A stretch of DNA of 42,808 nt from a virus (taxonomy: Duplodnaviria > Caudoviricetes), in the IMG/VR virus record IMGVR_UViG_3300032232_000888, positions 1-42,808 of that record, one strand, 5' to 3'. Positions 37,634 through 42,808 of this stretch are shown here, in pieces. Both the position numbers and the translations under genes were made by a program. How positions within the stretch are numbered: position 1 is the stretch's first letter; every line of letters begins with the position of its first letter. Under the pieces are notes generated by a model, which worked only from the letters and a program-made list of their open reading frames with translations, was not told the origin of the DNA and searched no databases.

Positions 37634-38167
37634 ATGAACAAGCTTATTATCTCATTCGTCGCTCTTGTTGCTGCTACAGCCGCAAATGCTACAGACCTAC
37701 CTTCAAAGTCAACCCCAACTCCTCCTAAGAAGCCAGCTCTTGCTGACACTGAAAAGAATGTTTACGGTGGACTTAATGGTGGTTTCGTTGTAACTGACGG
37801 TATCAATAAGAATAGCCCATGGACAATTGGTCTTGTTGGTGGTTATAATGTGTATCGTTTCGCTGGCATTAATGTTGCTGCTGAAGGTACTTATGACTAT
37901 TCAAAGGGTGAAGTAAACACTCTTGCTATCAATTCTGTTGTTGGTTATGATGCTCCTTTCGTAATTCCTTATGCTCTAGTAGGTGTTGGGTATCGTACTC
38001 AGTCACATAACGATAGAAACATTTGGAACTATGGTGGTGGTTTGAAGTACAACCTCACCTCTTCTCTTGAACTTGATGGTCGTTACCGTCGCACCGAAGA
38101 TCTTAAGACCAAGCCAAACAGCAAGGCTGAAGATCGTGTGACTCTTGGTGTGAACTATAAGTTCTAA
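37634..38167 (+). CDS. Outer-membrane beta-barrel protein (Omp25/RopB/OmpA-TM-like)
   Basis: Signal peptide ending ANA followed by TDLP; alternating beta strands (YGGLNGG, GGGLKY, LDGRY); C-terminal LGVNYKF BAM signal. Confidence 0.85.
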   Translation: MNKLIISFVALVAATAANATDLPSKSTPTPPKKPALADTEKNVYGGLNGGFVVTDGINKNSPWTIGLVGGYNVYRFAGINVAAEGTYDYSKGEVNTLAINSVVGYDAPFVIPYALVGVGYRTQSHNDRNIWNYGGGLKYNLTSSLELDGRYRRTEDLKTKPNSKAEDRVTLGVNYKF

Positions 38168-38174
38168 AACTTAT

Positions 38175-38250
38175 TCCGCGATAGCTCAGTTGGTAGAGCG
38201 TCTGACTGTTAATCAGAATGTCCCTGGTTCGAGCCCAGGTCGTGGAGCCA
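38175..38250 (+). tRNA. tRNA-Asn(GUU)
   Basis: Loop CTGTTAA, G73, CCA. Confidence 0.94.
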
Positions 38251-38254
38251 ATAA

Positions 38255-38329
38255 GGTCCGTTAGCTCAGCGGGAGAGCAACTCCTTTACACGGAGAAGGT
38301 CGGCGGTTCAATCCCGTCACGGACTACCA
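38255..38329 (+). tRNA. tRNA-Val(UAC)
   Basis: Loop TTTACAC, CCA. Confidence 0.93.
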
Positions 38330-38334
38330 CTATT

Positions 38335-38410
38335 GGGGATATAGCTCAGTTGGGAGAGCGTCTGATTTGCATTCAGAAGGTCTGCGGTTCGATCCCGCAT
38401 GTCTCCACCA
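38335..38410 (+). tRNA. tRNA-Ala(UGC)
   Basis: Loop TTTGCAT, G3:U70 pair, CCA. Confidence 0.94.
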
Positions 38411-38412
38411 AA

Positions 38413-38645
38413 ATCAAGACCCGACGGGATTAATTAAATGGGTACTCGTCTAATAGTTAGGACTGCTGGCAAAGCCGATAAATACCACCCATGGTTGTGC
38501 AGGACACTAGGTATCTTGATCGAGCAATCACAGGCTGCTCGTTAATCCGATGCTGTGCGGGTGGTTACTGGTTACACTCCTAAGCAGCAGGAACCTTAAA
38601 GGTTGGTCGCTCAATAGACTCGCGGAGAGCCACGGTTAGTTCTCC
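38413..38645 (+). ncRNA. Unassigned structured non-coding segment between tRNA-Ala and tRNA-Thr
   Basis: ATCAAGA/TCTTGAT closes 38413-38520 with an inner ATGGGT/ACCCAT; further hairpins GAGCA/TGCTC, TGCTG/CAGCA, AACC/GGTT and GGAGA/TCTCC. Confidence 0.4.
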
Positions 38646-38653
38646 ACTTATTC

Positions 38654-38729
38654 GCTGGTTTAGCTCAGTAGGTAGAGCACCTGTTTTGTAATCAGGATGT
38701 CGTGAGTTCGATTCTTACAACCAGCACCA
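38654..38729 (+). tRNA. tRNA-Thr(UGU)
   Basis: Loop TTTGTAA, CCA. Confidence 0.92.
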
Positions 38730-38735
38730 GTTTAT

Positions 38736-38810
38736 TGCGGGGTGGAGCAGTAGAAGCTCGTTTGGCTCATACCCAAAAGGTCGAAGGTGCAATTCCTTCC
38801 CCCGCTTCCA
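38736..38810 (+). tRNA. tRNA-Met(CAU), initiator-like
   Basis: Loop CTCATAC; 1:72 T:T mismatch; GCGGGG-TGGAGCAG 5' end resembles tRNA-fMet; atypical T-loop TGCAATT. Confidence 0.85.
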
Positions 38811-38814
38811 AATT

Positions 38815-38889
38815 GATCCTGTACGCATCTGGTGAGGCGACCCCGCTGTCTACGGGGTGAGGAGGGTTCGATTCCCTTCAGGATCGCCA
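38815..38889 (+). tRNA. tRNA-Asp(GUC)
   Basis: Loop CTGTCTA, G73, CCA. Confidence 0.9.
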
Positions 38890-38892
38890 TAA

Positions 38893-39025
38893 TTGTGGTA
38901 AGGAAAGCCTATGGATTACCACTCGCTGCAGCAGTGTGTATGATAGGGTCGGAGTAATTAACCGACAAAAGGAGAATGGGAAGCTTGAACCGATAGGCGA
39001 AAGTCAGATACCTCACCTGCCACAA
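38893..39025 (+). ncRNA. Unassigned structured RNA between tRNA-Asp and tRNA-Gln
   Basis: TTGTGGTA/TGCCACAA terminal stem, GCCTAT/ATAGGC inner stem and GTCGG/CCGAC hairpin. Confidence 0.5.
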
Positions 39026-39036
39026 CGAATAAATAT

Positions 39037-39111
39037 TGGGGATTAGTTAAATTGGTATAACGGAGGATTCTGACTCCTTTGTTCGAGGTTCGAGTCCTTG
39101 ATCCCCAGCCA
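39037..39111 (+). tRNA. tRNA-Gln(CUG)
   Basis: U1:A72, loop TTCTGAC, G73, CCA. Confidence 0.92.
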
Positions 39112-39162
39112 ATTTAGAGTTTATTATATAAAAGAACTTAAATATAAAAAGGATATTATATA

Positions 39163-39684
39163 ATGTTCATGTTCTCGGTGCCTTGTGTTATATTGCAATG
39201 TCAAGATTGGCCATCTAAAAAACAAAAATTGATTGAGTTGTGCTCATTACAGTCAATAGAATCTGGCGAAGAAAAAGTGATAATGTCAGATTATCATTCA
39301 AACAATTCATACTCTGATCAAATAGCTAATATTTTCAAAGACGAGATCAATGAATTCTTGAACAGATTGCAAATAACTAACATTATTAAGATTGATAAAT
39401 CGTGGTTTGAAGTTGCTAAAAAGGGGATGCATCATCCTGTACACAATCATGGTGCAATTGGTTATAGTGTTGTTTGCTACATCGAGTACAATCAACATCT
39501 TCATACACCAACAACATTTCTTGCTCCTTTCAATAATTTTTTAAATGGAGGGCATCTAGAATTTACTCCCAATGTGGATGAGGGTATAATAATTTTCTTT
39601 CCTAGTGTTCTTCATCATTATACAATGCCAAATACAAGTGATGTTGATAGAAAGATTATATCATTTAATTTGGTGCCTGAGTAG
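39163..39684 (+). CDS. Putative 2OG-Fe(II) oxygenase (TIGR02466-like)
   Basis: KSWF...HPVHNHG..GYSVVCY...EGIIIFFPSVLHHYT.PN....RKIISFN motifs. Confidence 0.82.
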   Translation: MFMFSVPCVILQCQDWPSKKQKLIELCSLQSIESGEEKVIMSDYHSNNSYSDQIANIFKDEINEFLNRLQITNIIKIDKSWFEVAKKGMHHPVHNHGAIGYSVVCYIEYNQHLHTPTTFLAPFNNFLNGGHLEFTPNVDEGIIIFFPSVLHHYTMPNTSDVDRKIISFNLVPE

Positions 39685-39746
39685 GACGGTAATGCGCAGG
39701 TCTGCAAAACCTTGAGAACCCAGTTCAACTCTGGGAGGCACCTCCA
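39672..39746 (+). tRNA. tRNA-Cys(GCA)
   Basis: Loop CTGCAAA, U73, CCA; its 5' end overlaps the oxygenase ORF end. Confidence 0.88.
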
Positions 39747-39753
39747 AACTAAT

Positions 39754-39828
39754 GCGGGTATAGCTCAGTGGTAGAGCACTTCGTTGCCAACGAAGATGTC
39801 GTCGGTTCGACCCCGATTGCCCGCTCCA
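39754..39828 (+). tRNA. tRNA-Gly(GCC)
   Basis: Loop TTGCCAA, U73, CCA. Confidence 0.94.
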
Positions 39829-39829
39829 T

Positions 39830-39906
39830 GTTCCGATAGCTCAACTGAATAGAGCACTGGTCTACGAAACCAGAGGTTGAGGGTTTGAGTCCTTCTCGGA
39901 ACACCA
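39830..39906 (+). tRNA. tRNA-Arg(ACG)
   Basis: Loop CTACGAA, CCA; D-loop GA instead of GG and T-loop TTTGAGT. Confidence 0.9.
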
Positions 39907-39911
39907 TTAAT

Positions 39912-39988
39912 GCCCGAGTAGTCCAATTGGCAGAGGCGCTGGTCTTAGAAACCAGATGTTGGGGGTTCAAATCCCTCTTCGGGCACCA
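39912..39988 (+). tRNA. tRNA-Leu(UAG), short variable loop
   Basis: Loop CTTAGAA, A73, CCA; 77 nt with no long variable arm. Confidence 0.88.
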
Positions 39989-39994
39989 CACTTT

Positions 39995-40110
39995 AGGTTG
40001 TGTTCAGCATACAATGGATGAACCAGTCACCGTGAGTTCGAATCTCACCAGGAGCTCCTTGCTTCTGTAGCTAAGTGGTAAAGCAACTGCCAAAAAGTAC
40101 AACCTGTTGA
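39995..40110 (+). ncRNA. Y-RNA-like unit 1 (YrlA-like circularly permuted tRNA domain)
   Basis: Terminal stem AGGTTGTG/TACAACCT; TTCAGCA motif; T-arm GTGAG-TTCGAAT-CTCAC; closed acceptor CAGGAGC-TCCTT-GCTTCTG; D-arm TA-GCT-AAGTGGTAA-AGC. Confidence 0.8.
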
Positions 40111-40119
40111 ATTTAGTGC

Positions 40120-40148
40120 TTGACTTCTGTATCATTATAGGGTATTAT
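40120..40148 (+). promoter_or_regulatory. Sigma70-like promoter driving units 2-7 and the DUF2828 gene
   Basis: TTGACT-N17-TATTAT. Confidence 0.72.
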
Positions 40149-40164
40149 ATGTATATTGAGTTTG

Positions 40165-40305
40165 AGATTGACCGTTCAGCAAAAAGCATTTGCTTAAAGG
40201 TAGTAGCTTCGGCTACGTATTGAACTGGCTTTATACCTGGTTCTCCGGTGGTTGTTTCGATGGGCGTCCACTATAAAAAAATGAAAGTAGAAGTCAGTCT
40301 GTTGA
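40165..40305 (+). ncRNA. Y-RNA-like unit 2
   Basis: Stem AGATTGAC/GTCAGTCT; TTCAGCA; 3' GTTGA; internal GTAGC-TTCG-GCTAC and other hairpins. Confidence 0.7.
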
Positions 40306-40310
40306 GTTTT

Positions 40311-40405
40311 AGGAAGCATTCGGCAAACAATTATTGATTGGTTCAACTCCAATACCAGCGGTTCACGCTAGTACGCCTCGTGTGGGGCAAATTGCTTCCT
40401 GTTGA
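40311..40405 (+). ncRNA. Y-RNA-like unit 3 (permuted T-acceptor-D domain)
   Basis: Stem AGGAAGCA/TGCTTCCT; TTCGGCA; T-arm ATTGG-TTCAACT-CCAAT; acceptor-like ACCAGCG/CGCTAGT; D-like GCC...GGC. Confidence 0.75.
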
Positions 40406-40409
40406 TTTT

Positions 40410-40497
40410 AGGTTTCTTTCGGCATACAAATCTGGTTGATACAGAACCGCTTAGGTGGTTTAGTTAGTTGGTTCAAGTCCAGCAAGAAACCTGTAGA
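40410..40497 (+). ncRNA. Y-RNA-like unit 4
   Basis: Stem AGGTTTCT/AGAAACCT; TTCGGCA; TCTG-N7-CAGA and ACCGC-TTAG-GTGGT hairpins; T-arm GTTGG-TTCAAGT-CCAGC. Confidence 0.72.
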
Positions 40498-40521
40498 ATA
40501 ACTACAATATGGAGAAAGTGA

Positions 40522-40926
40522 ATGTCATACAGAGTTAATAAGTTCGTTACTGAGTCTTACACCAATGACCTTGGTCAGACTTTGAATCCTGGTGATGATG
40601 TTGTGTTCGTTACAACTGGTTATGGTCATAATGTACGCATCGAAACTGGTAAGTTCGAAGGCGTGTACCGCAATCTTGAAAGCGAGAACCTCGCTGGTAC
40701 TCGCATCGGTACTGTTCCCGTTCATACTCATGAAAATGTTTATGCCGAAAATGGTGAACATGAAGAGTATCAGTGGGGAGGTTGGGACAGTGAAACACGA
40801 AGATATATTAACAAGCCAACAGGCAAACGTTACAACCGTATTCCTGTTGTGAAGTATCGCAAGTCTATCCTTCAGCGTAATCGAGTGTTCAAGCTTGAAA
40901 CTCCTCTCGCTAAGGTAAGTATCTGA
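40522..40926 (+). CDS. Hypothetical protein embedded in the ncRNA array
   Basis: GGAG RBS; NDLGQTLNPGDDVVFV is an SH3/KOW-like start; 134 aa. Confidence 0.7.
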   Translation: MSYRVNKFVTESYTNDLGQTLNPGDDVVFVTTGYGHNVRIETGKFEGVYRNLESENLAGTRIGTVPVHTHENVYAENGEHEEYQWGGWDSETRRYINKPTGKRYNRIPVVKYRKSILQRNRVFKLETPLAKVSI

Positions 40927-40931
40927 GTTCT

Positions 40932-40994
40932 AGGATTGTTACAGCATAAATGCACTTGATTTGTAATCAAACCCGCAAAGGGCAATCCTGTTGA
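40932..40994 (+). ncRNA. Y-RNA-like unit 5 (carries a Thr anticodon stem-loop)
   Basis: Stem AGGATTG/CAATCCT; TACAGCA; TTGA-TTTGTAA-TCAA; 3' GTTGA. Confidence 0.72.
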
Positions 40995-40999
40995 GTTTT

Positions 41000-41061
41000 A
41001 GGGTCAGTTCCGCAACCCAACAAAATCTTTCGCAAAAAAAGACCCAAGTTGACCCTGTTGA
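41000..41061 (+). ncRNA. Y-RNA-like unit 6
   Basis: Stem AGGGTCAG/TTGACCCT; TTCCGCA; TCTTT-N7-AAAGA hairpin; 3' GTTGA. Confidence 0.7.
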
Positions 41062-41065
41062 GTTT

Positions 41066-41123
41066 AGATTCAATACCGCAAACAATCAAATCGACTTGAA
41101 ATCGACCAAAGTGAATCTGTTGA
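41066..41123 (+). ncRNA. Y-RNA-like unit 7 (carries a Ser anticodon stem-loop)
   Basis: Stem AGATTCA/TGAATCT; TACCGCA; TCGA-CTTGAAA-TCGA; 3' GTTGA ending 14 nt before the DUF2828 ATG. Confidence 0.7.
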
Positions 41124-41137
41124 AAAGGAAAAGTGAA

Positions 41138-42571
41138 ATGACTACTTTTATAAATGCTGTTGTTAATCAGTCTGCTCGTACCGAAAATGGTATGAAGGCT
41201 CGTCAGTCTACTGCTAATGCATTGACTGATCTGTTTTTTAAGATCGGCGCTATGCGTGGTCAAAATGTAATTCCAGCTTGGACTGCTGCTAAGGTTCAGG
41301 ATCTCCAAAAGGCAAGCCGTATTGCTCTTTGGGCTCGTGACGTTCGTGGTGGTGCTGGTGAGCGTAAGATCTTTCGTGATATTCTCGTTGATCTTGCTTC
41401 ATCTGATCCTCATCGCGGCGTAGCTCTTGCTCGTAAGATCCCTGAGTTGGGTCGTTGGGATGACTTCCTTGTGTTTGTTGGAACCCCTCTTGAGGTTTAT
41501 GCTTTCGAAACTATCCGCGAAGCTCTCGAAGCTGGCAATGGTCTCTGCGCAAAGTGGATGCCTCGTCAGGGTCCAATAGCTGTGAAGCTTCGTCAGCACC
41601 TTGGTTGGACTCCAAAGTTCTACCGTAAGCGTCTGGTTGAATTGACCAAGGTCGTTGAGACTCAGATGTGCGCTAAGGACTGGGATAACATTAACTTCAA
41701 CCATGTTCCTTCTGTTGCTTCTGGTCGTTACAAGAAGGCATTTGCTCGCAATACTGAAAAGTATAAGGAGTGGACTGCAGCTCTTGTATCGAAGGATCCT
41801 GAGGTAGCAAAGGCTGTCAAGGTCAATGCTGGTGCGGTTTATCCGTATGATGTGTTAAAGGGGTTGATCTGCACCTATGGCACTCGTTATGATTCTCATA
41901 ACCTAAACCATATCCTTGCTCAGTGGGAAGCTTTGCCTAACTTTGTTGGTGATGCTAACATTCTTCCACTTGTTGACGTTTCTGGTTCAATGACTTCATT
42001 GGCTGGTGGTCATAAGTCAAAGTCTAGCACTAGCTGCCTCGATGTTGCTGTGTCTCTTGGTCTGTATCTCGCAGACAAGAACAAGGGTAAGTTCAAGGAT
42101 ACCTTCTTGACTTTCTCTAGCGATCCTCAGCTGCTTCATCTTCGTGGTAACATCCTCGACAAGGTAAAGCAGATGGTATCTTCTAAGTGGGAAATGAACA
42201 CCAACTTGCATCGTGCGCTGGACAAGATCCTTCGTACTGCGCTTGAAGGTAATGTTCCTCAGTCAGAAATGCCAGGTGCATTGTTGATCCTTTCTGATAT
42301 GCAGTTTGATTCTTGCACTCGTCATGATGACTCTGCTATGGAAATGATTAAGCGTAAGTATGTTGATGCTGGTTACAATGTACCTAACATTGTGTTCTGG
42401 AATCTTAATGCTCACGACAATGTTCCTGTCAAGTACGACACTCGTGGTGCTGCTCTTGTTTCTGGTTTCTCACCTTCTATCGTTAAGGCTGTTCTGCAGG
42501 CTGAGATGGATAACTTTACGCCAGAAGCTATCATGATGCAAACTATCATGAACCCACGATATGACTACTGA
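41138..42571 (+). CDS. DUF2828-family protein with C-terminal vWA domain (Ro60/TROVE-like architecture)
   Basis: RTENG...ST...DLFF, RDVRGGAGER, GRWDD and AKWMPR in the N-terminal helical region; vWA MIDAS DVSGSM, SDMQFD and IVFWNL; ATG 41138 has an AAGGA RBS (477 aa). Confidence 0.82.
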   Translation: MTTFINAVVNQSARTENGMKARQSTANALTDLFFKIGAMRGQNVIPAWTAAKVQDLQKASRIALWARDVRGGAGERKIFRDILVDLASSDPHRGVALARKIPELGRWDDFLVFVGTPLEVYAFETIREALEAGNGLCAKWMPRQGPIAVKLRQHLGWTPKFYRKRLVELTKVVETQMCAKDWDNINFNHVPSVASGRYKKAFARNTEKYKEWTAALVSKDPEVAKAVKVNAGAVYPYDVLKGLICTYGTRYDSHNLNHILAQWEALPNFVGDANILPLVDVSGSMTSLAGGHKSKSSTSCLDVAVSLGLYLADKNKGKFKDTFLTFSSDPQLLHLRGNILDKVKQMVSSKWEMNTNLHRALDKILRTALEGNVPQSEMPGALLILSDMQFDSCTRHDDSAMEMIKRKYVDAGYNVPNIVFWNLNAHDNVPVKYDTRGAALVSGFSPSIVKAVLQAEMDNFTPEAIMMQTIMNPRYDY

Positions 42572-42603
42572 GGAAAGGCTTATAGCATTCCTTATGCTAA
42601 TGT

Positions 42604-42638
42604 GGATGCCCATTGTTGTGATGGGCATCCTCTACTTT
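42604..42638 (+). terminator. Strong hairpin after the DUF2828 gene (terminator or processing stem)
   Basis: GGATGCCCAT-N7-ATGGGCATCC, 10-bp perfect stem with a weak U tail. Confidence 0.55.
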
Positions 42639-42640
42639 AC

Positions 42641-42716
42641 GCTGCAATAGCTCAGTTGGTAGAGCACTTGATTAGTAATCAAGATGTCGCGAGTTCGATC
42701 CTTGCTTGCAGCACCA
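42641..42716 (+). tRNA. tRNA-Thr(AGU)
   Basis: Cloverleaf GCTGCAA/TTGCAGC, anticodon arm CTTGA-TTAGTAA-TCAAG, CCA. Confidence 0.9.
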
Positions 42717-42793
42717 GCCCATATGGTCCAATTGGCAGAGGCGTCGGCTTCAAACTCCGAATGTTGTAGGTTCGAGTCCTACTATGGGCACCA
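42717..42793 (+). tRNA. tRNA-Leu(CAA), short variable loop
   Basis: Loop TTCAAAC, A73, CCA; 77 nt; abuts the previous tRNA with no spacer. Confidence 0.86.
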
Positions 42794-42794
42794 T

Positions 42795-42808
42795 GCTACC
42801 TTAGTGTA
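42795..42808 (+). tRNA. 5' start of a further tRNA, truncated by the window end
   Basis: GCTACCT-TA-GTGTA fits an acceptor strand plus U8A9 plus D-stem start. Confidence 0.4.

Noticed and set aside
38893-39025. RNase P RNA, suggested by AAGGAAAGCC resembling GAGGAAAGUCC
   Set aside because: Too short, and no complementary P4 3' strand (CCCGGCUU-like) or P2/P3 elements are found.
36413-40070. Short ORFs overlapping the tRNA/ncRNA cluster (36413-, 36603+, 36618-, 36838-, 37050-, 38218+, 39749-, 39885+)
   Set aside because: They overlap clear tRNA cloverleafs or structured RNA, lack an RBS and have no protein-like motifs.
39995-41123. CRISPR array interpretation of the repeated CTGTTGAGTTTTAGG-like junctions
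   Set aside because: The repeats are short and degenerate, unit lengths vary from about 58 to 141 nt, the ends of each unit pair with each other, and no cas genes are present. This fits structured RNA units, not repeat-spacer arrays.
40991-41137. 49-aa N-terminal extension of the DUF2828 ORF given in the ORF track (and overlapping ORF 40967..41308)
   Set aside because: The extension runs through ncRNA units 6-7. ATG 41138 has an AAGGA RBS, and family-like sequence (TENG motif) begins just after it.

Overview
AT-rich, single-strand-coded (+) segment of a large T4-like (Tevenvirinae/Kyanoviridae-style myovirus) phage genome. From left to right it holds four modules. (1) A Gly-rich virion protein, then the canonical morphogenesis block gp13-gp14-gp15-gp16-gp17-gp18-gp19-gp20-core-gp21-gp22-gp23-gp3 with TATAAATA late promoters. 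(2) uvsY-uvsW-gp55-gp47-gp46, auxiliary genes (2OG-Fe oxygenase, peptide deformylase, DenV-like glycosylase, MazG-like NTPase) and a probable DNA base-hypermodification cluster (TET/JBP-like dioxygenase, class-II GATase, amidoligase, GNAT, aGPT-Pplase2-like transferase, P-loop kinase, DUF3310, GT-A glycosyltransferase). (3) gp45-gp44-gp62-regA and small early genes with TTGACT-N17-TATACT promoters. (4) A cluster of 20 complete tRNA genes, interspersed with unexplained structured RNAs, an Omp25/RopB-like beta-barrel gene (hinting at an alphaproteobacterial host) and a TIGR02466-type oxygenase. The most striking element is at 39995-41123: seven tandem non-coding units with covarying terminal helices, a shared T(T/A)CNGCA motif and a CTGTTGA(G)TTT junction. 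They carry different tRNA fragments (circularly permuted T-arm/acceptor/D-arm domains as in YrlA Y RNAs, or isolated anticodon stem-loops) and run directly into a DUF2828-vWA (Ro60/TROVE-like) gene. This is a candidate phage Ro-like RNP system with a library of tRNA-mimic RNAs. All family assignments come from motif recognition by eye; no database searches were run.
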